A stretch of 63,358 nucleotides of DNA, counting the filler, from Craspedostauros australis (Eukaryota): NCBI GenBank assembly GCA_030167865.1. It is 8 parts of 8 records of this genome, joined end to end, with 100 filler letters (N's around TTAATTAATTAA, not from the genome) between each part and the next. Parts side by side here need not be neighbours in the genome. Positions count along the whole stretch, not along the records: positions 1 to 4,534 come from JALAGF010005723.1; positions 4,635 to 6,895 come from JALAGF010005724.1; positions 6,996 to 34,528 come from JALAGF010005725.1; 5 more parts are not named here. The stretch is one strand, 5' to 3'. The notes under the pieces were generated by a model. The model saw only the letters and a list, made by a program, of their open reading frames with translations. It did not search any database and had not been told where the DNA came from. A program made the translations under genes and the position numbers. Every line of letters starts with the position of its first letter. Position 1 is the stretch's first letter. This document shows positions 1 to 12,651 of this stretch, piece after piece.

Positions 1-492
1 GAGTGCTGGTGCACAATCCCCGATGACCTTGTTCATTTTGGTGAGAGACTTGACGAGCGGTGGTCCGGGAGGGTAGACCAGGACAGCTGTCACTCCTGCG
101 CGGAGACATCCCACGAACATGGCGAAGAAGTGGAGTCCAAAGTCGTAGCAGAGGACGACACGGTCATCTTTCTTGGCACCCCACTTGTTGCGGATGAGGT
201 GAGCGCAGTGTCCTGCTTCATCCCAGAGCTGTTGGAAGGTGTAGTTGTTGGTTGCCTTGCCTTTTTCATTGTACCAGGTGGAGAAGACGGTGTCGGACTT
301 GAGTTCGACGATGTACTTGATGTGTTCGATGAAGGACTTGGTTTGGATGGACTTGTGGATGATCTCGTGCTCAGTGGTGATGGTGTTGGCCTTGGTGGTG
401 CCAGCTTCGATGTCGTTGACAGAGACAACATCGCGCTGTGCTTGCGCAGCCGTGGAGCTCTTCGAGTCCACACAATAGGGTTGTTTATCCAT
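1..492 (-). CDS. Fatty acyl-AMP ligase / AMP-binding enzyme, 5' part (runs off window start)
   Basis: Manual translation from ATG at 492: MDKQPYCVDSKSS...TWYNEKGKATNNYTFQQLWDEAGHCAHLIRNKWGAKKDDRVVLCYDFGLHFFAMFVGCLRAGVTAVLVYPP. The 'DRVVLCY..GL.F...F.GCL.AGV.AV.VYPP' segment is typical of FAAL/adenylation N-termini. Not in the ORF track because it has no stop inside the window. Confidence 0.75.
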   Translation of the reverse strand, partial: MDKQPYCVDSKSSTAAQAQRDVVSVNDIEAGTTKANTITTEHEIIHKSIQTKSFIEHIKYIVELKSDTVFSTWYNEKGKATNNYTFQQLWDEAGHCAHLIRNKWGAKKDDRVVLCYDFGLHFFAMFVGCLRAGVTAVLVYPPGPPLVKSLTKMNKVIGDCAPAL

Positions 493-663
493 GGTGACGA
501 AACACTTTCTGTGGGAGGATGATTATGCTGTGTTTGTTCGTTGGTTTTGTGAGTTTGTTTGTTAGTTTGTTTATTTTGTGTCGGCATGCATTTGATTTGT
601 GTTTCGTTGCGCGTTTGAGACACCTCTCCAGCCAATCTTCGTGGTTGAAGTCCAAGCAACCGT

Positions 664-740
664 GGCAACAGCGAAGCAAGTGTGAAGAGCTCAATCCAGA
701 GGCAACGGCAGAAGCAAGTGTGAAGAGCTCAATCCGGAGG
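664..740. repeat. Two-copy ~39-bp tandem repeat
   Basis: GAAGCAAGTGTGAAGAGCTCAATCC(A/G)GAGG occurs twice in tandem. Confidence 0.8.
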
Positions 741-2407
741 CCTCGCCACCTTTCGAGGGAGGGGTAATCCTCAGCTCTTCCCCCAACAACCACGAGTGGA
801 TTTCGGTGGCGGATGCAACAGCGGTGGTTCCACGACCAGATCAATAATCAAAGGGGGTCACTTTTCCGCAAGGGGCACCAGGAAATTCATTTAACCCAGC
901 CCGTCTCCACAGACGCGCCACAGCGACGCTGGTTTCCCCAAGCCGATTTGAAGTTTTGTGGGCCGATCGAAGAAATGGAGCCACACAGGTCAAACACAGT
1001 TGCACACGCTGCATACGTGTCAGGAATCGGGTGTTCTGAAATACCGAATTGCCGTACCTCCCAGGAGTGAGGAGCCGAACGTCATGATATGCTAAATTAC
1101 CGCAACTCCCACATTTGGATCTTTGTGACAGAAAAATGTGAGCTGCACGTGTTTTGATGACGGAGAACGACACGTGCCGAATGCGAACCGTGCCTTGGCG
1201 TTCGTGACCTCAATACAGGAATGCCAATCACACGTGGATGTCGCAGGGGGCAGGGATGTTGGAATCGTGACCAACATCACGATACGAGCGACCACGGCCC
1301 CCATGTCGCAACCAATGAGAAAAGAGTACCGGAGGAAGGCCAATGTCACGAAGAGTGAGATGGCCTGTGAACGAACCTGGTATGAGGAACCTCCAGGAAG
1401 CCGGTGAAGTGATCGGCAAAGTGATTGGAGAAACGACAGGCGAAACATCGGAGATGATCGGAGATGATCGGAGATGTGTGATGGTCGAGGAGCTGAATGA
1501 GCTCCCAACCAAGGTGTTCCCGTGACAAATGGGAGACCATGATCTGGTTGAATGAACCGACCTGTGTGATGCCTACAACTCGGCGATGTCTAAGGCATCG
1601 AAACTATCAGTGGAGGACAACGTGCTTTTGTGCACGAACATGGGGTACTCGGTGGTGCACGCATGTCCATGATGAATTTGCAGTGAATGCAAGATGAATG
1701 CCTGCTAGACCAACAGAGGGACCTATGGTGATCTCAGGAGGAGATCGAACTTTGAGATTGAGAGCAATGAAGAGCTCACAGTTCAGAGAAGTAGATTCTA
1801 ACAAACAATTAGCTTCCTACTATCACACCACCCCGGATTTCCAACATACATGATTGCCGCACCTCTCATCATTATTCGTCACACCTTTGGTAACTATTCG
1901 TCACACATTTGAATACCATGTCATTACGACCATGATTAAGGACACGAACGTGATTGATCTCAGTCCCACCATGAAGAAAGGGTAGCCTGTCCTCTGGCAA
2001 TACAAGAACCACACCAAACGCGGATCAGGAGGTCCCGATACCAAACCAACCATGGCAACCATGCAGACAGCAACGTCAGTCAGAACAGACAGCAGGGCAG
2101 TGGGCAAGTGATGCACCCCCTCTGGGGAGCAGCACGCGCCCCTCCTGTGGACAAGAAACGCCACAGGTTTGGAACATCAGAAAGGATCAGAACAACCGCA
2201 GATTTGGAACATCACCAAGGATGACACCTATTAGCACAACGCTTTATTCACCTGATTCGTTTTCTGATTAGTCTGTCCCGGTATGTGCTGAAACGATGCT
2301 TTCCTCAGACACATGATTTTCGGCATAAGGGACACACTAGAGAGAACATCAGAGATTCGGTCTGGCCACCACCTGGCAAACATGTGATGTCCAATTTGAC
2401 CTGATAT

Positions 2408-3336
2408 ACTTCCCAACTAAACCTGAAGTGACAACACCTCTGACAGCCTCAAGCATCATCAACGGAATGTGGAATCGACAGAGCCATGGAATGGTGATGA
2501 GTGACGTCGACACAGAAGACATCATCGCCACATCATGGGTCATCTCCACATCAGGATACGATTGCAGAGGTGCAATGACCGAGAGCTGATCTTGAACACA
2601 GCAACATGAGATCCATCTCAGTGAAGATAACATAGAACCAGAAGTCACTCAACCCAAACAGTGTCTTCACTCACCAGCTTGTCACCCTCGTCCTGAAAGA
2701 CTTGATCTCTCTTGAAGGACTCGTGTGATTTCGCTGTGTATAGTAACGAGATAACAACACCAATCGTGAGATGATGGCGTCACAGGATCAAGGATCAAAA
2801 CATATGACAGACAAGCACACAGGACTGCAGATTCCTACCATGCGAATGTAGACGGCTACGAATATGCAGATACAAACAATGAGATGCCAAGACGAGGACG
2901 CAGAGGAAAGAATACAAAGATGCACAAGCAAGGCATGATGAATGAAGAGGGAAGCACTCGAGGAACATCGTGATACCCCATGATGCCACCGCAACAAATG
3001 CCTGCAACGAGAAATGAAATTTGAAGAGAAAGTGAGATTGAGCTCACAGTTCTAAAACGGTACAGTTTCTAACAGCGGATTAGATATCTAGTACTAACTA
3101 TAACCCTGGATTTCCAACACATATAGTTCCCGGAGTACATTGAATTCAGTGAATCAAGTGGGATTTGAGTCCGCAATAATTCATGAATGAGAGTGGGAGA
3201 AGGAGGGGAAAGGGGGTTTTCCGTATTCGTAGGCGGAGGGTTTCGCGCCAAAATTGACGCGCCAAAATCAATTTCATGGGGATACATGGGACACACTAGC
3301 GCGGAAAGTAGTCTGTTCTTTAGATGAACTTCAACT
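2408..3336. mobile_element. Dispersed repeat, probably a degenerate transposable element, copy 1
   Basis: 2408-2610 resembles 52215-52405 (shared TACTTCCCAACTAAACCT, TGACGTCGACA). 3120-3336 resembles 53089-53314, and both end at GTCTGTTCTTTAGATGAACTTCAACT. Confidence 0.6.
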
Positions 3337-3991
3337 CCAACCAAGAAAAGAGAACAAGAAAAGGACACACCAAACATGAGTCATCTCGAGTTGTTCGCGT
3401 TTCTGTTCCTGTTCAGGGTGTGTGACTGACGCATCTGTCAGAGTTTTGTGGGTGCAGGGGTATGAGCTCTTCCCACTCCAATAATTGCTCGACTGTTTTG
3501 GGGGTTCTTCACCACTCACCACATGAACGCTGCTTCGTCCGGCGATCGGACATATGTTTTTGTTTTTTCGCGACAAAATGTTTCTATGCTCCACTGTGTT
3601 CGGCAGAACTGTGTTCGATTTCGTGTTGCTCGGAGTGCTGGTGTGCAGTCTTCTCCTTTCGCACTCACGAATCTGGACCCATCATCCAAAGTGCGGCCAC
3701 CGGAGGCGACAGAGAGCCGCATCTTGCGATTGTCTCACGATCTGATGAAGGAATTCATCTGGGCTGGATAACAAATGCAGCGACAGCACTCGTACGAGCA
3801 CTTATGTGTCCGAAGAAGGCACCCGGTGTAACACAACGCCGATGATTTTTCCAACTGCTCACAATTCTGAAGCCCGAGAACCGACAACTCACAAATCGAC
3901 AAGATCAAAGTAACAACGCTGCACCAATCGCAACACAACATAACACAACCACATCTGCAACCAACCCCTCGTTTCAACAACGCATTCCAAC

Positions 3992-4534
3992 ATGAGTAAC
4001 CCATCCGCTCCCTCCGATGCAAACCGCGCCGTCGACGATGACATCGAAGCCGGTACCGCCAACACCATCACCAACGCCAACGCCACTGAGCACGAGATCA
4101 TCCACAAGTCCATCCAAACCAAGTCCTTCATCGAACACATCAAGTACATCGTCGAACTCAAGTCCGACACCGTCTTCTCCACCTGGTACAATGAAAAAGG
4201 CAAGGCAACCAACAACTACACCTTCCAACAGCTCTGGGATGAAGCAGGACACTGCGCTCACCTCATCCGCAACAAGTGGGGTGCCAAGAAAGATGACCGT
4301 GTCGTCCTCTGCTACGACTTTGGACTCCACTTCTTCGCCATGTTCGTGGGATGTCTCCGCGCAGGAGTGACAGCTGTCCTGGTCTACCCTCCCGGACCAC
4401 CGCTCGTCAAGTCTCTCACCAAAATGAACAAGGTCATCGGGGATTGTGCACCAGCACTCATCCTCACCCAAACATCCATCAACATGCTCCGCGCTGCCGA
4501 TCGCGCCAATCCGGCGTCCAAGAGCCGCTCCTTG
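3992..4534 (+). CDS. Fatty acyl-AMP ligase / AMP-binding enzyme, 5' part (truncated by scaffold end)
   Basis: ORF MSNPSAPSD...DRVVLCYDFGLHFFAMFVGCLRAGVTAVLVYPPGPP... Positions 4083-4459 are the reverse complement of 1-377. Confidence 0.75.
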
Positions 4535-4578
4535 NNNNNNNNNNNNNNNNNNNNNNNNNNNNNNNNNNNNNNNNNNNN

Positions 4579-4590
4579 TTAATTAATTAA
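4579..4590. other. Artificial scaffold linker TTAATTAATTAA within N runs (also 6940-6951, 34573-34584, 36525-36536, 45433-45444, 55033-55044, 60951-60962)
   Basis: The same 12-mer, which puts stops in all six frames, appears seven times, always flanked by N runs. Confidence 0.97.
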
Positions 4591-4769
4591 NNNNNNNNNN
4601 NNNNNNNNNNNNNNNNNNNNNNNNNNNNNNNNNNCATCTTCCTCCACATCAACACATGTTCAACATGCACTTGCAATCTGTCCATCCCACACGTCGACAT
4701 GCCAACATTGCAATGACAATGGCTTCTTCTGCTGTTGCAAAACAGAATTGAAGCATGCCTTCTTTCCAG

Positions 4770-6894
4770 TTCTCACAAAAATCAACAGCAGCGCGCTCGA
4801 TCACCTTCCGCCCCAGTGATGGAGAGCATCATCAATGCGAACAACCCATCACACCAACAGCAGCGTGCTCCATCAACTTCCACCCCAGTGACGGACAGCA
4901 TCATCAATGCAAACAACTCACAAAACCAACAGCAGCGCACTCGATCAACTTCCACTTCAGTGATGGGGAGCATCATCAATGCTAACAACTCACCAAACCA
5001 ACAGCACCGTGCTCGATCAACTTCCACTCCAGCGATTGAGAACATCAGCAATGCAAACAACTCACCAAACCAACAGCAGCATGCCCGATCAACTTCCACT
5101 CCAGTGATGGAGAGCATCAGCAATGCGCGCAACCCACCAAACCAACGGCAGCATGCTCAATCAACTTCCACCCCAGCGATGGAGAGCATCAGCAATGCGC
5201 ACAACTCACCAAACCAACAGCACCATGCTCGATCAACTTCCACCCCAGTGACGGACAGCATCATCAATGCGAACAACTCAACAAACCAACGGCACCGTGC
5301 TCGATCAACTTCCACCCCAGTGACGGGCAGCATCATCAACGCAAACAACTCACCAAACCAACATCAGCACACTTGATCAACTTCCACCCCAGCAATGGAG
5401 AGCATCAGCAATGCGAACAACTCACCAAACCAACAGCTGCACACTCGATCAACTTCCACCCCAGTGACAGACAGCATCATCAATGCAAACAACTCATCAA
5501 ACCAACGGCGGCATGCTCGATCAACTTCCACCCCAGCGATGGAGAGCATCATCAATGCAAACAACTCATCAAACCAACGGCAGCGTGCTCAATCAACTTC
5601 CACTCCAGTAATGGACAGCATCAGCAATGCGCGCAACTCACCAAACCAACGGCAGCGTGCTCGATCAACTTCCACTCCAGTGACAGACAGCATCAGCAAT
5701 GCGAGCAACTCGCCAAACCAACGGCAGCGTACTCGATCAACTTCCACCCCAGTGACGGACAGCATCAGCAATGCGCGCAACTCACCAAACCAACGGCAGC
5801 GTGCTCGATCAACTTTCACCCCAGTGACGGACAGCATCAGCAATGCGCGCAACTCACCAAACCAACGGCAGCACATTCGATCAACTTCCACCCCAGTGAC
5901 GGAGAACATCATCGATGCGCGCAACTCACAAAACCAACAGCAGTGCACTCGATCAACTTCCACTTCAGTGATGGGGAGCATCATCAATGCAAACAACTCA
6001 CAAAACCAACAGCAGCATGCTCGATCAACTTCCACTCCAGTAATGGACAGCATCAGCAATGCGCGCAACTCACCAAACCAACGGCAGCGTGCTCGATCAA
6101 CTTCCACTCCAGTGATGGAGAGCATCAGCAATGCAAACAACTCACCAAACCAACAGCAGCATGCTCGATCAACTTCCACCCCAGTGATGGAGAGCATCAT
6201 CAATGCGAACAACTCGCCAAACCAACAGCAGCATGCTCGATCAACTTCCACTCCAGTAATGGACAGCATCAGCAATGCGCGCAACTCACCAAACCAACGG
6301 CAGCGTGCTCGATCAACTTCCACTCCAGTGACGGACAGCATCAGCAATGCAAACAACTCACCAAACCAACGGCAGCGTACTCGATCAACTTCCACTCCAG
6401 TGATGGACAGCATCATCAATGCGCGCAACTCGCCAAACCAACGGCAGCGTGCTCGATCAACTTCCACTCCAGTGACAGACAGCATCAGCAATGCGAACAA
6501 CTCAACAAAGCAACGGCACCATGCTCGATCAACTTCCACTNNNNNNNNNNNNNNNNNNNNNNNNNNNNNNNNNNNNNNNNNNNNNNNNNNNNNNNNNNNN
6601 NNNNNNNNNNNNNNNNNNNNNNNNNNNNNNNNNNNNNNNNNNNNNNNNNNNNNNNNNNNNNNNNNNNNNNNNNNNNNNNNNNNNNNNNNNNNNNNNNNNN
6701 NNNNNNNNNNNNNNNNNNNNNNNNNNNNNNNNNNNNNTGCTCGATCAACTTCCACTCCAGTGACAGACAGCATCAGCAATGCGAACAACTCAACAAAGCA
6801 ACGGCACCATGCTCGATCAACTTCCACTCCAGTGACGGACAGCATCATCAATGCGAACAACTCAACAAAGCAACGGCACCATGCTCGATCAACT
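4770..6894 (+). repeat. 72-bp tandem array (at least ~26 units, interrupted by an N gap), potentially encoding a 24-aa S/T/N/Q-rich repeat
   Basis: Unit ~GCTCGATCAACTTCCACTCCAGTGATGGAGAGCATCAGCAATGCAAACAACTCACCAAACCAACAGCAGCAT = ARSTSTPVMESISNANNSPNQQQH. One in-frame TGA at 5374-5376; possible splice acceptor TTTCCAG ending at 4769. Confidence 0.93.
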
Positions 6895-7817
6895 TNNNNN
6901 NNNNNNNNNNNNNNNNNNNNNNNNNNNNNNNNNNNNNNNTTAATTAATTAANNNNNNNNNNNNNNNNNNNNNNNNNNNNNNNNNNNNNNNNNNNNTTGAA
7001 CTGCAATCCTTGCGTTGCTCGCCCTCCAGCTCATGCACCCCTGCCACCTGTCCACCTCGTCACCCTGCCGAACATGCATTTGTATTGAAGCATATCCATG
7101 CGGATGGATCAGCTACCGCTCTACGGGTGATGATACTGGAAGACTGTGTGTGTGGAGGATCACCACGGCATGCTGCTGCGCAACAAAGAACGGCTGAAGT
7201 ACGACAGCACGAACCCCACCTTTTTACTCGATCGTCCTATCAATAGTAAGCTTAACACATAAAACAAGCAATCAGAAACAATCTTCACAGCTTACTTCCA
7301 AGTTTACTACAGTTATACCATCGTCTGATACAGCTTTGCTTTCAACATCAAACGGCGTCAAAGCCGGTTGAAGGACAGATCATCCTCCTGACAACGTGCA
7401 GAAGACACGGAATACTAACTAAACCTTTGTGATGTTTCGCGTGCTTTGTCTCGTTGGCTCACCAATGCACAGCTCACTTGGACGACTACTAATACGACTA
7501 TCACTACTAATACTCTACGCGCATGCTCAACTATCTACATCCACTCACAAATACTCACAAATACACAGAGTCAGTACAAGAATAGCATACTGTTTCAGCA
7601 TTATCCTGCAAGACGTTTTAGTAGTACCATACCTCCCCTTTCAGCATCCCTGGCTGCGTGCTTCTCCCCCATTCCCCTTGATGCCATGCCAGCTGCGAAT
7701 CCTGTCGTCGGTGTTATCTCCATACTTTTCTTCGTCCACTTTCACCTCCTCCGTGCCTTCTTCCATCAGTTTACCCAACGCTCTTTCTCAATCTACCCTC
7801 CCATTGTATCATGCCAA

Positions 7818-10800
7818 TTAAGTTAGCACACCATCAGCCTTGCTATCGCCGTTGCTATCATCGTTCTTGTCGTTGGTATCCACGGTGCTGCTGCTAGTGA
7901 TCATGTTCGCGCCAACACCGCCAGGAGACTCTTCGTCCTCCCGGATCCACCGTTCCACGATGCTTCGTCCTTTCTGCTTCCATTCCAATCGATTGTCGAA
8001 CGCATAGTCCAAGGCCTCGTCGCATGACACGCCGAACACACCGCATTCCTTCAGCTTCTGCGCGAGGGGGATGATGTTGTTGTCGAAGAACCAGAGCTCG
8101 CCTTCGTACCACTTCTCTGCCGGGTCCACGCTCGTTCTGCCGGCCCGGAACGCGGCTCGCATCTCACGGAACAGCCGATGGTTCCATTTCTGGTACACTG
8201 TCCAGTGCTGCATGGTGTGGGCGACGTCGGACGCCTGGATGAGATGCTCGATCACGATGGTGGCTCTCAGGTTAGCCGCCTCTTCATGCACCTCTCTCTG
8301 CGCCTCTTCGGTCAATGCCGCACCACCGATCGGAGACAGCAGCGACGTCGAGAACGCCTTCTCCCATCGTGAATCGCGGAAGCTCTTCAGCTCGGGATCG
8401 AACACGTCCGTGGCCATCACGGCGTTCACCACCAGCTGGCGGAAACGCTGTATCTGGAGGTCCGACTTGAACATGCACCGTCGCAAGTCCTCGTAGTCGT
8501 GCGACATGAGCAGGTCCCAGGCGACGGAGATGGAGTTTTGCTCCGCCACGCTCTTGTTGTCGTAGAGGGAAGCCAGCTTCGCCTTCTCCTTCACCAGAAC
8601 GCCGTTGGGCACGCCTGGGTGATCCACATCATGGATCAACGCGGAGAACACGAGCGCGAATTGAATCAAAGGGTCCGATGTCACGGCGTACGTGCAGCGG
8701 TTGATCGACATGGACACCGCGTCGTGGCTGGAACGGCTTTGGATGCTGCTTCTACCTGTGGAGTCATCGGGCGACAGCGGGCTGAGGACGCGTGACAGCA
8801 ACTTTCGCGTGGACATGGCCACGTGCGTTGCATGCTCGAAGTTGTGGAATGGGTTGGACTGGTGGAGGGATGCGAGCTGTCCCACGAACTGGCGCAGCTG
8901 CTGTTGCGCCTTGGCTGATATGCTGCCGGCCTGAGCGGAGGCGGACGGCGCCTTCTTGGATGACGAAAATGAGGCTCGTGGCGCTTTCGGAACAGCGATC
9001 TTGTCCACGATCTCGTTTCTTGGCATCGCCGTGATGGTTGAAAGTGGTGGCGGCGTCGGTGTCGGTGTCAGGGCTGGCGTCATTGCTGATGCCGGTGACC
9101 ATGTCTTTGACCGTCTTCCATGTCCGCTGCCAGACATGTGATCGATCGATCTGGATCCGCCTTGTGCATTATCGACAACGAGATCCTTCAGGAGCAGCAA
9201 CAGCAAATCAGCGTTCCAGTCGACCAACCGCTTGATCCTCGATTGCTCCCTTGCCTGTTGAGCCGATCCAGGAGTACCTTGTGCCTTCGCGCGCCGTTGC
9301 GACGGTTGGTTCTGGTTCGCCCCCAACAAGCTGCCTTCAACGTTGGCGTTGCTGCCATCCTTGCCACTGTGCTTCGAAGAACCAACGCTGATGTCATCGC
9401 TTGCTCTTCCTCCAGTTGATGAGGCCACGTCATCGCCTCCCTGCAACCCGTCCGATGCAGCACCTAATGATGCCGCCGATGATATCACGGATCCCGCACC
9501 TCGAGGGTCCACCCAGTACGTCTGGATGTCACCCTTGCCCTTCGCCGTGACGATTTCCTCTCTCGGTGTGACCCATGATCCCTTCCCGCCGTCGACAATG
9601 AGATCTGCCGTCTTCTGCGTCACATGGATCCTGTTGGGCTTGCCCGTGCTTTCCATGCGGGCCGCTGTGTTGATCGTGTCACCAAATAGCTGGAAACGCG
9701 ACTTGTCTCCACGCAGCACACCAGCCGTCGTCGGACCGCTGTTGAGGCCGAACCTCATGCACAGATCGTTGGTGCCGGGGCCCAACGTCGTTGACAGCAC
9801 CTTCGTCAGCTGGCTCATCTTCGATCTGCAGTCGTGGGCAAAACGGACCATCACGACGGCGTGGAATTTGCGTTCCGTCGGCAAACCGCAGACCGCGACG
9901 TAGGAATCCCCGATCGTCTCCACCTTGAAAACGCCGCGTTGACGAGCGATCTTGTCGAACGCGCCGTAGATGGCCTCCAAGAGAGTGAAGACTTGCTCCG
10001 GTTCTCTCGTCGAGCTCCAGGCCGTGAAGCCGACGATGTCGGCAATCATGACGGTTGTCGACGTGTAGAGTTCCGCAATTGGTCTGCCTTCGTAGCCGTG
10101 GTTGATGTCATCCATTGCATTCGAACCGTTCGTATTATCCGCCTCTCTCGCTGCGGAGGAGATCAACGAGGATGATCGATCATTGGTGGTGCTGCGTCTG
10201 CCTTGTGCTTGTATGCTGTCCCTCCTTTTCGTGCCATACGCAACGTCTTGGACAAGGTTCGAAAAGTTACGTGGTCGACTGCGCTTCTTGCCACTCTCCG
10301 CGTACAACCGGTCACGGACGTTGGCAGGGAAGAGCGATGATACCACCGCATTCGACTTTTCGGCCGAGGTGAGGATGGCGTTCTGCCGTTTGGCGACGAA
10401 GAAGTCGTACAGCATGAACGTCATGGATGTGATGAGGAAGATCGCTACAGCCATGACGGTGAACACGATGGGAAGGCTGGTGATGTGCTGATCCTGTAGC
10501 TCGTTTGTGGGGTAGATGCGGAATGTGTACGGGCAGAAGTCTTCGTCCAACGGCGGACCCGTGTAGGTGGAGTTGCGAATGCGGAAGGAGTCGAGGCTGG
10601 AGATCTGCGCCGAAAGTTCGAGGTCATCAAACTCGCGGCTGTGATGATCACCTCTTCCCAGGTACTTCACGTCTGGTCCAATGATCTCGTACGTGAATGT
10701 TGGTGCTGTTGCGAGTGGATGTAAATGTGCATGTGATGGACGAAGTGTAGAAGGCGAGACGAGACGATGAGTTGCTATACGTCGCTTTGCGAACAAGATG

Positions 10801-12651
10801 TGATACGCGCAATACGAGGAGAACCACAGATCCATTCATTCCTCCATTGCATGCCTGCATTCATTGCATGACGTACCACAATCATTGTCAATGACCACTG
10901 CGATGCCTGGTGATCCTTTTGGAAGAATATCACGCATCATGTCACGCCAGTAGAAGCTGGAGGCAAACGTTGCCACCAGTTCATCATTCTCTGGATCCGC
11001 CTGAATCTTATCGAAGGAGTTGAAGATGGGGAAGTAAATCTCAGCAGCAGGCTCCAACGGTTCCTCGTCCGGTGGGATGCGGTCCTTGTACCAAGATGCC
11101 AGATCTTGTGCGTCTTTGAGATCGGTCGCATTGTTACTGCAATACCAACGGGATGGCCAAAGAGAATGGTGTATGGAGTATCAGAGACAGTAAGAGAGAG
11201 AGAGAGAGAGTAGAAAGGCGTGTGTGAGTATGAGTCCAAATGAGCATGAAGGAAGGCAAACTTCAGTCCGACTGTACAAGACACGGTACTTACACGTCCG
11301 GTACCATGTACGGTTCGGTGATGGTGACTTTCCCGCTGTTGACCATGCTGTAATGAGCCTTCGTGTAATCCAACGTGAAATAATCGAAATTGTACGGTGG
11401 GTAGAATGGAACGATGGGATATGCATGCCAGGATGGCAGCATCAGTAGGCTGTGGCATGGAATACGCGGTGGTTGCAGAGAACAAGTGGCGCAGCGTGGT
11501 ACCATACGGATAGGATTGACATGCACAGCATTGGAATGTTAGACATTGGAACAATGCGCGTAGAACATATCATACCCGTAGAGCGAAGAGATGAGATGGA
11601 AAAAGATGTAGCAAAGCATGTGGATGAGTGGGTGAGCGAATGTCTGGAGTCAAATGGACAGAGTATCGAAACAAAAAGGTTCTTCTGGCGCCATTCCCAA
11701 ACGTGTACCCATCATCGTGGCTCCACGAACAGGAAGTCCTTGTTGTCACTGGATGAGCAGTTTGCTTCCTGAGTTGGACTGGAACTTCCCACAGAGTTGA
11801 CCAACTTACAGATCTTCGGGCCGGGGCACCCCGCCACCCTTATGAATTTCGTTGTTGGTGAAGTACTCAGTGTTGAGCGGGCCGTAGTAGTTGGTATCGG
11901 TCGCCATGATGCTGACAGTGTTGTCGACCCATTGGCGACCGGAAATCGCCGTGAAATTCTCCCACTTGGCACGCGTCTGACTCGTGATGAGCACGCACAT
12001 GACGAGGACCTTGATTCTCGAGGCACCGATGGTCTTTGCAGCCCGCACACCAAAGTCGCTGACGACGACGTTGGGCCATTCCTGGCTGGAGGAGTGCGCG
12101 GACGCGACGACGTCTATGCTGAGCAGATCGACGGCTCCAAACGTCTGCTCCAAAATGTCACCCACATCCTCCAAGATCTTGCCACCATACTCGTCGAACT
12201 GTTCTTCGAAGTTGTTGCGTTCCTGCGAGCTGGTGTAGAAGTACACCAAGACAGCAAGGACCGTTGTGAGGACCACCAGGATGCCAACGACGATGCACTT
12301 GCATCCCTTGAGGGCGTTCGTCTCGTTCGTCGCTATGCCATCGTCCTGCGTTTGCTGTTGGAAGCCTGAAGCCATGGAGTCCGTGTCGTTGCGGCTTCCG
12401 CCAGAGCTGCTGACGCCGTCAGATCCCAGCATGGTGTTCGACTGCTTGTGCTTGTGGTTATGATTGTGGTTCGAGTCGTTCGGGGCATCGTCGGAGGTGC
12501 TGTCGTCATCGTGGGCCTTTCTGTGTGCAGACACCTCTTCATCGCTTGTGCTTTCCGCTGCGCCTGCTACACGGCTAGAAGATACCTGCTGCGGCGCCAG
12601 AGGAGATCCGAGTGGTGGATTCATACCGGTGACATTGCTTGGACTCATCAT
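7818..12651 (-). CDS. Membrane class III adenylate/guanylate cyclase fused to a class I cyclic-nucleotide phosphodiesterase; 4 exons: complement(join(7818..10705,10877..11136,11294..11449,11810..12651)), 1381 aa
   Basis: GT-AG introns with consistent phases (exon total 4146 nt). Two TM segments flank an extracellular, CHASE-like region. Cyclase motifs IADIVGFT, KVETIGDSY, FQLFGDTINTAARMES; PDE motifs NPFHNFEHA, HDVDHPGVPN, ATD, QASDVAH. Confidence 0.9.

Noticed and set aside
4535..4633. TTAATTAATTAA palindrome recurring seven times, and apparent gene neighbourhoods across it
   Set aside because: It is an artificial six-frame-stop linker inside N runs, so the genes on either side are not known to be adjacent.
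4770..6894. Possible CRISPR array
   Set aside because: The units are contiguous degenerate 72-mers with no unique spacers, there are no cas genes, and the context is eukaryotic.
10706..10835. N-terminus MDLWFSSYC... of the 1005-aa ORF
   Set aside because: Intron sequence. The true exon starts at 10705 and splices to upstream exons.
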